Below are positions 17,166 through 27,183 of a stretch of DNA of 64,000 bases, one piece after another (within the stretch, counting starts at the first letter, position 1; each line of letters begins with the position of its first letter). The stretch is from Promethearchaeota archaeon (lineage in GTDB: Archaea > Asgardarchaeota > Lokiarchaeia > Sigyniarchaeales > SOKP01): NCBI GenBank assembly GCA_030599585.1, contig JAUVNS010000004.1, positions 192,001-256,000 on the forward strand, given 5' to 3'. Made by a program: the position numbers and the translations under genes. The notes under the pieces were generated by a model. That model searched no databases and was not told the origin of the DNA. It saw nothing but the letters and a program-made list of their open reading frames with translations.

Positions 17166-20100
17166 TTGGTAAGTAAAGTGCCTAGTCCAAAAAAACCTAA
17201 GAAAAAAACTCCCCTTGATGATAAGCAAAAATCTCTTTTTTCGTTTGTAGAAAAATCAGAAACTGAGAAAGAAGAAGAAAGCAGTCGGATATTAAAAGAA
17301 GAAATTGTGGAACCAAAAGAAAAATTAAAATCCCAAGCACTTCCTAAAACAAGTGAAGTAAAAGAAGAAATAAAAACTGAAGAAGAGCCGATATTAAAAA
17401 GAGTTCCAAAAAAACTTTATTTCAAAAGTTCAGGCATTCCCTTCGGCCTAAAAGAGGATGGTATACAGTTGCAATTTATTAAAAGAGAATCTGTGAGTTC
17501 GAAATATATCCGTTATTTAATTGAAAAGAGAGAAATCGTAGAAGATTTGAAGAGAGGATTGCTTTTGGATGTAGATTATGATGGTGGAACAAATAAAGCT
17601 TATTGTAAATTTTACGATTTGGACACCGACGAGGTAAAAATATGGATTGATACGACCGACCACGAGCCTTATTGTTTGAGTAAAGAACCAATCTCAATAC
17701 TTGAACAGCTAAATTATACAAATAAAGCGGGGCAAAGAAAAAAACTTGTAGATTACGAGGGTTTTAAAAAGTTTGAAGAAATAAAGCGATTTGAATTACT
17801 CACTGATAAAGAAATACCAATGACGAAGATATTTGGAAAAACTCCCATAGATGTAGGAGGATCGGGGCTCAATATTAAAAATATCTTAGCTGAAAACGAG
17901 AAAAAAGCCTGGGAAGCAGATATAAGGTATCATTTGAATTATATTTTAGATCGACAGTTAATCCCGGGACTTATTTATCGTATTGATAGCGGTAAACTTG
18001 AAAAAATCGATTTTAAAGAAAGTTCTGAAGAAACTAAAAAATTAACAAGTGAACTAAGAACTCTGTTTAAAGATGAAAAACCAGAGATGCAAGAGTTTTC
18101 AGAGAAATTCATAGATATTTTCCTTACTCCAATTCCTGATGTGAAACGTTTAGCGCTGGACATTGAAGTAAAAGTAGGAGAACACGATTATAGGATCCCT
18201 GATGCTCGTCTTGCAAACAAAGAAATAATAAGCATATCATTTGTAGCCTCCGACGGATTAAAATTGGTCTATATCTTGGAGCGCGAAGGTTTCACTTTTA
18301 ATAAACTCCATCCAGACTTCCCAAATGATGCAAAACTTTACTTCTTTAAGTCTGAAAAAGAATTATTAACTGAATCTTTTAGAATTATGTGGGATTATCC
18401 TGTGATCATTACTTTTAATGGAGACAATTTTGATTTAAATTATATGTTTCACAGAGCAGAAAAATTGAAAATAGACAAAGATTTGAATCCAATACATGTA
18501 AAAAGGGGTTTTGGAATAATGGCGAAAGCAGAATGCGATTTAAGGAAAGGAATTCATATAGATGTTTTTAATTTCTTCTTTAATCGAAGTATTTCAGGAT
18601 ACGCCTTTGGTGGATCCTATCAAAGTGCTTCCTTAAACGCTATAAGCGAAGCTTTATTAGGTGAAAAAAAATACGAGCACGAAGAAGATATTCACGATAT
18701 GGAAATTGATATACTCTCTTGGTATAATCTGAAAGATTCAATATTAACTTTAGAGTTAACTAGATTCAATAATTCATTAGTGTGGAATTTGATCATTCTG
18801 CTATGTAGGATAACAAAATTGCCAATTCACGATATGATACGCAGACAAATCTCGACATGGATACAAAATATCTTCTATTTCGAGCATCGGAGAAAGAGTT
18901 TTCTCATTCCTAGAAAATCTGAGATTTCAGAAGCAAAGAAAGGGGGGGAATTAATGTCAAAATTTTTTGATGGTAAATTTCAAGGTGCTTACGTTATCCA
19001 ACCTGTTCCTGGAATTCATTACGATGTGGTTGTTATGGATTTTGCTTCTCTGTATCCTTCTATCATAAAGGAATTTAATTTATCATACGAAACCGTTCTC
19101 TGTTCCCACAAAGATGACGAGGATAACCTTATAAAAGGAACTCCTTATCATATCTGTACTCATAAAATGGGAATCTTTGCTTATGTCGTTGGTTTTTTCC
19201 GGGATACGAGAGTAAAATACTTTAAACCGAAATCAAGCAACAAAAATTTAACTCAAAAACAGAGAAGTTATAATCATACTATCCAACAAGCTCTTAAGGT
19301 GTTCATCAACGCAAGTTACGGTGTTTTTGGATCTCAAAATTTCCCCTTGTTTTGTTTACCTGTAGCAGAAAGCACAACAGGAATTGGCCAATACTCTATA
19401 AAACAAACGATAAAAAAAGCAGAAGAACTTGGAGTTAAAGTGTTGTATGGTGATACGGACAGTGTTTTTCTTCTTAACCCGTCTAGTTTACAGATGAAAG
19501 AAATATCCGATTGGAGCAAAAAAGAACTAGATTTAGATTTAGAAGCAGAAAAGACGTACCAATTCTTAGCTCTATCAAAGAGAAAGAAAAATTACGTAGG
19601 GATATATAAAGATACTAAGTATGTTGATATTAAAGGGTTAGTTGTTAAAAAGAAAAACACACCAGATTTTATAAAAAAGGCTTTTAGTCAATTAATAGAA
19701 ATCCTTAAAGAAATCACTAACGATGAGGAATTTAAACTAGCGAGGAAGAAAATTATTGAAATTGTTAAAAGTAACTTAAATAAAATAGGGCAACCCGATA
19801 CTTTCACACTAGAAGATTACGCCATAAATATCGGTCTGCAAAAAAAACTCAAAAACTATACAAAAGTCATTCCTCAGCACGTTAGAGCCGCTAATGCATT
19901 CATAAGAACAGAGATCAGCAAAGCACAAGCCAATAACGCTAGTGATGCTGAAATTTTAGCAATTAAGAAGACTTATCAAAAAGGAGATGCTGTTAGATTC
20001 ATCAAAAGTAAAGGACCTCTTGGGGCTAAAGTTATTGAAATGGCAAAACTCCAAGATATTGATACTAAGAAATATAAGGAACTCTTAACATCCGCGTTAG

Positions 20101-20174
20101 AACAAGTTTTAGACGCTCTGGATATTTCATTCGAAGAAATAAAAGGCATTAAAAAAATGGATGCCTTTTTCTAG
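17166..20174 (+). CDS. polB1: Family B DNA polymerase, PolB1 type
   Basis: Exo I DIE, Exo II FNGDNFD, Exo III YNLKD; DFASLYPS, KVFINASYGVFG, YGDTDS; PolB1-style N-terminal domain (LLDVDYDG..KAYCKFYD). Confidence 0.95.
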   Translation: MVSKVPSPKKPKKKTPLDDKQKSLFSFVEKSETEKEEESSRILKEEIVEPKEKLKSQALPKTSEVKEEIKTEEEPILKRVPKKLYFKSSGIPFGLKEDGIQLQFIKRESVSSKYIRYLIEKREIVEDLKRGLLLDVDYDGGTNKAYCKFYDLDTDEVKIWIDTTDHEPYCLSKEPISILEQLNYTNKAGQRKKLVDYEGFKKFEEIKRFELLTDKEIPMTKIFGKTPIDVGGSGLNIKNILAENEKKAWEADIRYHLNYILDRQLIPGLIYRIDSGKLEKIDFKESSEETKKLTSELRTLFKDEKPEMQEFSEKFIDIFLTPIPDVKRLALDIEVKVGEHDYRIPDARLANKEIISISFVASDGLKLVYILEREGFTFNKLHPDFPNDAKLYFFKSEKELLTESFRIMWDYPVIITFNGDNFDLNYMFHRAEKLKIDKDLNPIHVKRGFGIMAKAECDLRKGIHIDVFNFFFNRSISGYAFGGSYQSASLNAISEALLGEKKYEHEEDIHDMEIDILSWYNLKDSILTLELTRFNNSLVWNLIILLCRITKLPIHDMIRRQISTWIQNIFYFEHRRKSFLIPRKSEISEAKKGGELMSKFFDGKFQGAYVIQPVPGIHYDVVVMDFASLYPSIIKEFNLSYETVLCSHKDDEDNLIKGTPYHICTHKMGIFAYVVGFFRDTRVKYFKPKSSNKNLTQKQRSYNHTIQQALKVFINASYGVFGSQNFPLFCLPVAESTTGIGQYSIKQTIKKAEELGVKVLYGDTDSVFLLNPSSLQMKEISDWSKKELDLDLEAEKTYQFLALSKRKKNYVGIYKDTKYVDIKGLVVKKKNTPDFIKKAFSQLIEILKEITNDEEFKLARKKIIEIVKSNLNKIGQPDTFTLEDYAINIGLQKKLKNYTKVIPQHVRAANAFIRTEISKAQANNASDAEILAIKKTYQKGDAVRFIKSKGPLGAKVIEMAKLQDIDTKKYKELLTSALEQVLDALDISFEEIKGIKKMDAFF

Positions 20175-20198
20175 ATTTCGTTAAATTCGAGTTAATTT

Positions 20199-21476
20199 TT
20201 ACTTAATTTCCTTTAAATCCACTCCTTTAGTCTCTTTTACAAAAAAGAATCCTAGAGGAATTATCATTAGATTTGCAAATACAAAAATGATAAAAGTTAA
20301 CCCTAAGCCAATCTCTAGAATGATGAAACTACTCGTTAGTAGCCCAATCGTAGTGCCTAAAGCTCCACTTAACCCTCTAATTCCAATCCCGGTACCTCTT
20401 CTATCTGTAGGCATCAGTTCTATCGCAACAATTCTAATAATCCCCCATAATCCCCAAAAAGAGATATGACTTATTGCGTAGCCAATAAAAACTATTAGAA
20501 ACGCATTTTGAGAACTATTAGCCCCCACCACCCACACTACAACGGAAAATGGCAATATTAATGACCATAAACATAGTAATGGTTTCCGTCCAATTCGATC
20601 CGCCAGAAACCCATTAGTCAAATATGCTATCATTACTGTGAAAATTGTTAAGCCAAACATTATGGTTACTTGTGTTGGAGGTATAGTCCCTTCATCCTTA
20701 ATGAATTTCTCAAATAATCCTATAAACAAATTCGAAAATCCAAACAAAAACGATATTACTAATATAATTAGAAATGATTTCTTATTTTCTATTTTAAAAA
20801 CTGACTTTATATCTACAATAAAAGATCTGGAATCTTTCTTCCTAGTTTCTTTCATTGATTGAAATTCGGTAGTCTCTTTGAGAGTAAAATAAATAACAAA
20901 GCTTAAAGGAATTCCAATTATCATTGGGAACAATGTCATTCCCCTCCAATAATTTGAATCTACATCTGGTATAAAGACGAAGCGAGAAATTACCATTATT
21001 ACAGCTCCAAATAATCCCGCCATTAATATAATATTTGTGTTTAACGCTCGTTTATCTTGTTTTGACTCTTCATTCGCATAAATTAACCAAATATCACTCA
21101 TAAAGAAAAAATTCAGGAAAAACGAAAAAGATACATACATTACATAACTCACAGATAAAAACATACCCAATGAGGAAATGCTCATTCCAAGAACAGTGAT
21201 AGCCAACATTCGTTTTCGGCCAATAATATCAACTAAATATTGGTTAAAAAAGAGAAAATACATCCCAATTGATGTAATACTTCCTGCTAAAGCTAAAATA
21301 GAACTTGTTACATTATCTGGCTCTCCAGGAAAAAATTCAGCCATTATATAAGAAGGGATTGAACCGGGATAAAGAGTGCTATATGTATCAAGAATTTGAA
21401 CTAACATTAATACTCCTATTAGATACTTGAAATAAGACTTCGATCTCTTAGCTTGATTATTAGCCGTTTCTGTCAT
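20199..21476 (-). CDS. MFS transporter
   Basis: ~12 TM segments; motif A DIIGRKR and GFLADRIGRK; ELMPTDRRGTG. Confidence 0.92.
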   Translation of the reverse strand: MTETANNQAKRSKSYFKYLIGVLMLVQILDTYSTLYPGSIPSYIMAEFFPGEPDNVTSSILALAGSITSIGMYFLFFNQYLVDIIGRKRMLAITVLGMSISSLGMFLSVSYVMYVSFSFFLNFFFMSDIWLIYANEESKQDKRALNTNIILMAGLFGAVIMVISRFVFIPDVDSNYWRGMTLFPMIIGIPLSFVIYFTLKETTEFQSMKETRKKDSRSFIVDIKSVFKIENKKSFLIILVISFLFGFSNLFIGLFEKFIKDEGTIPPTQVTIMFGLTIFTVMIAYLTNGFLADRIGRKPLLCLWSLILPFSVVVWVVGANSSQNAFLIVFIGYAISHISFWGLWGIIRIVAIELMPTDRRGTGIGIRGLSGALGTTIGLLTSSFIILEIGLGLTFIIFVFANLMIIPLGFFFVKETKGVDLKEIK

Positions 21477-21592
21477 TTTTTTTTCAGCTTGATGAATTAA
21501 ATTTATTTTAATTTATTTATTAGAAATAAGGAATAGATGTTAAACTTCAACATTAATAAAGATATAGGTTCAATAACTGTGATAGCACACCT

Positions 21593-22675
21593 TTACAAAA
21601 TAACGTAAAAGAATGTCATAACTAAACCACAGAAGATTGGATTCAAAATATTATCGTCAATTTTTAAACTTAACAAATCGATTGTTAAAAAAACTAGAGC
21701 TCCACTCAAAGACATAACAATCATTTTTAAAGGTAAAATATGTGGTTCAAATAACCAGAGGGCAAATATACTTACTCCGAAAGAAACAAAAAACCCTGAA
21801 ATATAACCTATTATTGTTTTACTACTTTTTTTCGGAAAATGGTGTCGTCCAAAACTAACTCCCATAATAGAAGCAACACCATCGCCAATACTTGTTATTA
21901 ACGCTACAGCGGTAAAAATTCCAAAAGGAAGGAAAAGTATTGGGATCAGTGAAAGGATTAATACTACATTCTTAGTGAATTCGTAGTTCTCATTCTTTTT
22001 AAGAGTTTTTATTAACATATTTGATAGACTATCGGGTAGAAGATGATATATATTTGAATTCTCGAAAATGAAAGATAAACGAACGAAATCTAAACCTGCA
22101 AATAAGATCACTGCAGTATATCCAATCATCAAGATTAAGAATATTCCATATTCATATCCCGTTAGGCCATATACTTCATCTGCATTCCACAATCCATCCC
22201 ATATATCTATAGCGAAAATCCGTAAGATAATTATGACTAAACCTGGAAGTAAATGAAAAACTTTCCTGCGAACATCGGTCCTTAACGAGTAATACTTGCT
22301 ATTTATTCGATTTACATTCATAATATCGTATTTTTCAAGGAAATTATCAATAGTTCGGTTTTCTTTGAGCTCTGGCTTATCCTTTAAAACAACTTTATAT
22401 TGGTATAATAAAATTAAGAACACCAATAATGGTGCGAAAAGGCATATAATAGACATCGAAAAGGCTTGGTGAAATCGGACGAATTCATTATCTCGTGGGT
22501 AGAATAAGGGAAATAAAATTCCAGAAACGATCCATAGTACAACAATAATGAACGAATTAATGAAACTATGGTCCTTTTTGAACTTCTTTTTCAATTTAAT
22601 CGCAAAAAATAACTGACAAAATCCTAACACAATAAAAAATATTGTAATAGGTAAAGTGATTAAATTGAAAACCAT
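21593..22675 (-). CDS. CTP-dependent polyprenol/diacylglycerol kinase family membrane protein
   Basis: RRKVFH, GDGVASIMG..FG, KT..G, DDNILNP motifs. Confidence 0.82.
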   Translation of the reverse strand: MVFNLITLPITIFFIVLGFCQLFFAIKLKKKFKKDHSFINSFIIVVLWIVSGILFPLFYPRDNEFVRFHQAFSMSIICLFAPLLVFLILLYQYKVVLKDKPELKENRTIDNFLEKYDIMNVNRINSKYYSLRTDVRRKVFHLLPGLVIIILRIFAIDIWDGLWNADEVYGLTGYEYGIFLILMIGYTAVILFAGLDFVRLSFIFENSNIYHLLPDSLSNMLIKTLKKNENYEFTKNVVLILSLIPILFLPFGIFTAVALITSIGDGVASIMGVSFGRHHFPKKSSKTIIGYISGFFVSFGVSIFALWLFEPHILPLKMIVMSLSGALVFLTIDLLSLKIDDNILNPIFCGLVMTFFYVIL

Positions 22676-22778
22676 ATTCTAATTAAATTTCAATATAAAA
22701 AATAAGTTGTGAAATTGTAGAAAAACTATATTTTTATATCGCTTATTACTTAAATTAGAATAAAAAGAAGGAAATAGT

Positions 22779-23216
22779 ATGAAATGGGTAACACGAAGCA
22801 AACCACATGTTGATCGTTGTTCCTCTCTATGGCTTATAAAAAAATATGTTGATCCTAAAGCAGAATTTGCCTTTGTTACACGAGATTATCTATGGAAAGA
22901 AAATGAAATTCCCTTGGTTCTTCCTGGAGCTGAACTAAATCCACAAATGGGAAAAACAACCTTTGAATTAATCGTTCAGAAGTATGAAATTAAGGATAAA
23001 ATCGTACATCAAATTGCATCGATAATTCATGATATCGAACAAGCAGAGGAATCTGAGATTTATAATCTTCCTGAATCAATGGGGATCTTCATTGTTTTAC
23101 GAGGAATAGAGCCATCTTCTCCAAATGATCAAGAAACTGTAGATATTGCATTTACAGTAATAGATGCGATATACACATTTTTACAGAAAAAAAGTCAAGG
23201 CGAAAAATTGACTTGA
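22779..23216 (+). CDS. ChrB (chromate-resistance) domain protein
   Basis: MKWVTRSKPHVDRC..WLIKKYVDPKAEF, TTFE, IIHDI. Confidence 0.85.
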   Translation: MKWVTRSKPHVDRCSSLWLIKKYVDPKAEFAFVTRDYLWKENEIPLVLPGAELNPQMGKTTFELIVQKYEIKDKIVHQIASIIHDIEQAEESEIYNLPESMGIFIVLRGIEPSSPNDQETVDIAFTVIDAIYTFLQKKSQGEKLT

Positions 23217-23280
23217 AGCATTTTGATTTATCTTGAGTGAAGATTCGTTGTTAATCTCATTCACATTCATTAAACCGTAT

Positions 23281-23556
23281 TTATTCCAATGGTATCTCAG
23301 CAAACATTAATGCCATATTTTTAGGAAACAATCCCACTCTATCACCATTTCTAATGTCTTTCCCAATTCCGCAATATTTGCCGTTTACAAATATGTGGCT
23401 AAGTTCATCTTCACTGATTGCAAATTTTTCAATGATATCATAGACAAAATGAACATTACTCTTTTCAATATTTAATGTAACAGGGAGTCCCTTTTCTAAA
23501 TCAACATCTTTCACATTTTTTCTTAATTTTCCATACAGCTTTACTAATATAGGCAT
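23281..23556 (-). CDS. MoaD/ThiS-like beta-grasp protein lacking C-terminal GG
   Basis: VKLYGKLR...IFVNG...NGDRVGLFP; ends NMALMFAEIPLE. Confidence 0.8.
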   Translation of the reverse strand: MPILVKLYGKLRKNVKDVDLEKGLPVTLNIEKSNVHFVYDIIEKFAISEDELSHIFVNGKYCGIGKDIRNGDRVGLFPKNMALMFAEIPLE

Positions 23557-23666
23557 CGCTAAAACACACCCGTTACATCAACAAGTTAAATAAGATAAAA
23601 ATATTTGTTTTATAAAAAATTAAAAGAAAATAATAAATAAGATTAAAAAAATCATTAAAAAAAGAT

Positions 23667-23954
23667 TTAAAGGCCAAATAATAAGAATTCATCTAAGAAA
23701 TCGTGGACTTTTTTCATAGTTTCTTGGCCCAGAGATTTTTCTACTTGGATCTTTAAATCCAAAACTGTGCTCAGAGTCGAAACTACCGTATTTTGAATTG
23801 TACTATTAAATATGGATTTTTTTTCGTTTTGCTTTTTGAAGTACTCCACTCGATCCAACATCGCATTTTGATATTCGTCAGCCGTAGAGGTTTTAAGTTC
23901 TACAAGCTTCCGCAACTTCAATCCGTCTTTGGTTTCTATTACTTCATCGACCAT
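23667..23954 (-). CDS. Hypothetical helical protein, translationally coupled to tes
   Basis: ATG directly follows tes stop; AGGTGA SD inside tes 3' end. Confidence 0.8.
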   Translation of the reverse strand: MVDEVIETKDGLKLRKLVELKTSTADEYQNAMLDRVEYFKKQNEKKSIFNSTIQNTVVSTLSTVLDLKIQVEKSLGQETMKKVHDFLDEFLLFGL

Positions 23955-25697
23955 TTATTTTTCACCTATCTCCGTCTTTCTCATTCCTCCATTCTGTGCG
24001 ACTTGCTGTTGAATCTCTTCTCTCGTTTGACCTCTAGTAGTGTCAAATTCCTCTTTGACTTTAGCCGTTAGTTTTTTAGCTACTTGCTTCTCTATGCTTT
24101 CCCTGTGTAAAGTATTCATAGTACAAAATGAAATTTCACGGACGCTCCCGTCCGGCATTGCTACACCGAAATGCACAATACATCTCTTGACACGCTCTAT
24201 ATCCATGTTATATGCGTCTTGGAAGTGCATGCTAGAGAGAAGGAGTGTTCCGTGAGTAAAAGAGCTAATACTTTCCCAATCACCATTCATTAATAGCCTA
24301 CTGAACATATCCATGAGCTTTCCTGGTTTCTTGGTGTATTGAAGCATCCCTAATAGAAATCTGGCTCTGAGTTGCGTTTTATCTAATAAGTTGAGACCAC
24401 TATCTAAAGTTTTACCAATATCTCCTAACAATCCTTCGAAGAATTCAAGCGGTTGATTTTCTTTATGCTTTATTTTTTCCCAGAATCGGTTAGCAAAATC
24501 GATGATTTTCAGAGGATCGAAATAATCCATTATAGGAACCATTTCTTGCGTGTCGGGATCGACGACCAAATAAGTAGCGAAGCCGCAGTCCGGACTGCAG
24601 GTAAATTCGATTGGATCTACATCAGCAAGGTATGCTATAATTCTCCCGAATTCGACTATTGTCGTTAGTGGGTACCACGCTTCATCCATTCTTATTTTGC
24701 CGCCAGTTTGGTTTTCGATTTCCTTTATCACATCAGCGTTAGTAATTCTTAACTCGTCCATCTCTTCAGCTGTTATACGACCACATAAGGACACAGGTTG
24801 GAAGGTTATCCCTCTTACAACATCAATATTGTCAAGAGCAAACTGGATTATATTCCCAACTTCAATATCTGTAATCCCTTTTACAATCGTAGCAACTAAA
24901 TTAATGGATGATAATCCTGCTTTTCTACAGTTTTCTATGGCGCGCATCTTATATGGCATTAATTTCTTAATACCCCGTGTCTTCTCGTAAGTTTCGTTGT
25001 TTATCCCATCAAATTGTAAATATAGCGTATCTAAGCCCATTTCAAAAACTTTCTTCGTCCACTCAAGTCCACCATTCTTTTTCTGGAATCCATACCCATT
25101 TGTGGCAACTATTACTTCTTTAAATCCATGATCTTTTGCCATTTTACAAATTTCAGGAAAATCTTTTCTGACTGTTGGTTCGCCACCTGTGAACATAATC
25201 GCAACCGCAGGTATTGGTTTGCTTCTGAAGTGCGTCATTATTCTATCAATTTCCTCTAAGGTTGGTTCAATTAGATATCCGCTTTTTTCAATGTTAGCGT
25301 AGCAGAAATTACAATTAAAATTACAGCGATTTGTCAAGTCTATTAATGCCAAAGCACAAGTTGATATGTGTTCGTTGCAAAGACCACAATTGTAGGGGCA
25401 CCCTCTGTCGTCATCTAAAGCACAATCAGCCGGATTACTTTCGCCGTCTTTCTCAAATTGCCAGGCAATTGTTCCGTCTTTGTTTTTCATCTGGAAATGA
25501 GTCCATTTGTAATATTTTGCGCTAGAACTAATGATATCCTTAAAGTCACCGTGTTCTGGGCAGTTTTTAACCATGAAAATCTTTTCATCTTCTTCTTGAA
25601 CTACAGCATCTATCTTTTTCAAACACTCAGGACAGACCGATGAGGTCTTTCTATAGTATTTTTCGTTTAAAACATCTGTTCCGTCTAAATGATACAT
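23955..25697 (-). CDS. tes: Tetraether lipid synthase (GDGT-macrocyclic archaeol synthase), radical SAM
   Basis: N-terminal CPEC...CPEHG, GCPYNCGLCNEH..C, CNFNCNFC radical SAM motif, CSPDCG, MHFQDAYNMDIERVKRCIVH, FCTMN. Confidence 0.92.
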   Translation of the reverse strand: MYHLDGTDVLNEKYYRKTSSVCPECLKKIDAVVQEEDEKIFMVKNCPEHGDFKDIISSSAKYYKWTHFQMKNKDGTIAWQFEKDGESNPADCALDDDRGCPYNCGLCNEHISTCALALIDLTNRCNFNCNFCYANIEKSGYLIEPTLEEIDRIMTHFRSKPIPAVAIMFTGGEPTVRKDFPEICKMAKDHGFKEVIVATNGYGFQKKNGGLEWTKKVFEMGLDTLYLQFDGINNETYEKTRGIKKLMPYKMRAIENCRKAGLSSINLVATIVKGITDIEVGNIIQFALDNIDVVRGITFQPVSLCGRITAEEMDELRITNADVIKEIENQTGGKIRMDEAWYPLTTIVEFGRIIAYLADVDPIEFTCSPDCGFATYLVVDPDTQEMVPIMDYFDPLKIIDFANRFWEKIKHKENQPLEFFEGLLGDIGKTLDSGLNLLDKTQLRARFLLGMLQYTKKPGKLMDMFSRLLMNGDWESISSFTHGTLLLSSMHFQDAYNMDIERVKRCIVHFGVAMPDGSVREISFCTMNTLHRESIEKQVAKKLTAKVKEEFDTTRGQTREEIQQQVAQNGGMRKTEIGEK

Positions 25698-26055
25698 AAT
25701 ATTTCATTTTTTTTTATAACTATACGAATTAATAGGGTTTTAATATAAAAATAAAATCCAATGTTTAATATTATGTCAATTCTCACTAATCATAATATTA
25801 AATGTGGTAAAGTGTTTTAAAAATGCTGAAATCTAAAACTTAATAGGAATTGAAACGAATTTAACAAAATATATGTTTTACTGTTGAAACTCTATTATTA
25901 CCCAGACTCTACTGATTGTTTTCTTTGTCGTTGGCAAGTAATTAAACTATGAAAATTATGTGATTCGGGTTCGATCTTGATTGGAAAAATCGCTTTTAAT
26001 AGGTTTGATTTGATTATGAATTGTACTATTCTCTTTAGTTGTAATCTTTAGATTG

Positions 26056-27123
26056 TTAAACTTCATTATTTCTTCTTTTAGCTTCAATAATTGCTACTCC
26101 CATCTCCAGCACTCTATCAAATGGCTCTTCACAATCTTCTCTTGGTTTCAAGCTTATTGCTTCTTCTGAACAGACACTGGCACATAAACCGCATCCAAGA
26201 CATAAATCTCGATTCACAATTGCAATATCTTCCATAGTTATAGCATTAATTGGACACCTTTCAACGCAAATTTCACAAGCAACACATAATTCTTCATCTA
26301 TGACTGATTCAAACACTGCATTCATGAATTTTTGTTTATCTTGACCAAATTGAGTCATACCTTTCATGGAGACACAGCAACAAGGGCAACAGTTACAGAT
26401 ATTAGATAGATGTTTTGAATTTGCTCCAGCATGAACTAATCCCGATTCATCTGCTTCTTTTAAGATTTGAATCGCTTCTTCAGAAGTTAATTTTCTCCCC
26501 ATTTCATTTTCTATATAATATTCAGCAGCAGTTCCAAAGCTTAAACAAGTTTCCATAGGGTGATCGCATCCTTCACCTAATAACTGTGATTCTTTTCGGC
26601 AAACACAATCAGCTACAGCAATAACTCGAGCGTTCCTTATTGATTCTTCAAGCATCTGATACGGAAAAAGGGTGGTATCCATTTGAATCGTCTCTTCTAA
26701 GGGAATTACTTTAAAACCGGGAATATTGCTTGCTCCTATCTCTTCAAGACCCGCTGCATGGTAATAATCTTTAAAAAGCTGAGCTAATTCTTTATCAATT
26801 TTATTGACAGAGTATTCATACAACCCTATCATAAAAGGGGCCGCGTTATATAGGGTCTTGTTATCTCGTCGTGCTCGAAAAACAAGTCCTTTCTTTGCCA
26901 TTAAATCAAGTTTCTTTTCTATTTCAGCTGAATTCTTTCCTGCTCTTCTTGCAATACTACGGGCTCTTTCAGGTCTTATAGTTAGAAAAGTTGCCAATTC
27001 AGCTTCTTCTTCAGTAAAAAGACGCTTTAAAATTTCAATCTCAACTCCAGATTGAGTTTTCCGGAAGCCAATTGGAAATAGATCAAGGAACTCCCTTAAT
27101 TTCTCATACGAATTTACAGTCAT
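26056..27123 (-). CDS. 4Fe-4S dicluster protein (third member of the family at 11866/12993)
   Basis: DCVCRK, ICNCCPCCC, two ferredoxin motifs. Confidence 0.88.
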   Translation of the reverse strand: MTVNSYEKLREFLDLFPIGFRKTQSGVEIEILKRLFTEEEAELATFLTIRPERARSIARRAGKNSAEIEKKLDLMAKKGLVFRARRDNKTLYNAAPFMIGLYEYSVNKIDKELAQLFKDYYHAAGLEEIGASNIPGFKVIPLEETIQMDTTLFPYQMLEESIRNARVIAVADCVCRKESQLLGEGCDHPMETCLSFGTAAEYYIENEMGRKLTSEEAIQILKEADESGLVHAGANSKHLSNICNCCPCCCVSMKGMTQFGQDKQKFMNAVFESVIDEELCVACEICVERCPINAITMEDIAIVNRDLCLGCGLCASVCSEEAISLKPREDCEEPFDRVLEMGVAIIEAKRRNNEV

Positions 27124-27183
27124 AGCACTAAAATTATTATTTTCTTCTATTATCTAATATTCATTTAAATTTAAAAATAGAAG

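Noticed and set aside
17166-20174. Intein in the 1002-aa PolB
   Set aside because: Motifs are contiguous with no Hint/LAGLIDADG signatures; extra length is the N-terminal extension.
25826-25890. CRISPR-repeat-like string ending AATAGGAATTGAAAC
   Set aside because: Single copy, no repeat-spacer periodicity, no cas genes.
11866-27123. Selenocysteine or pyrrolysine readthrough in Fe-S and redox genes
   Set aside because: ORFs look complete, the Fe-S genes end in TAA, and no in-frame TGA/TAG was seen splitting a recognisable domain.
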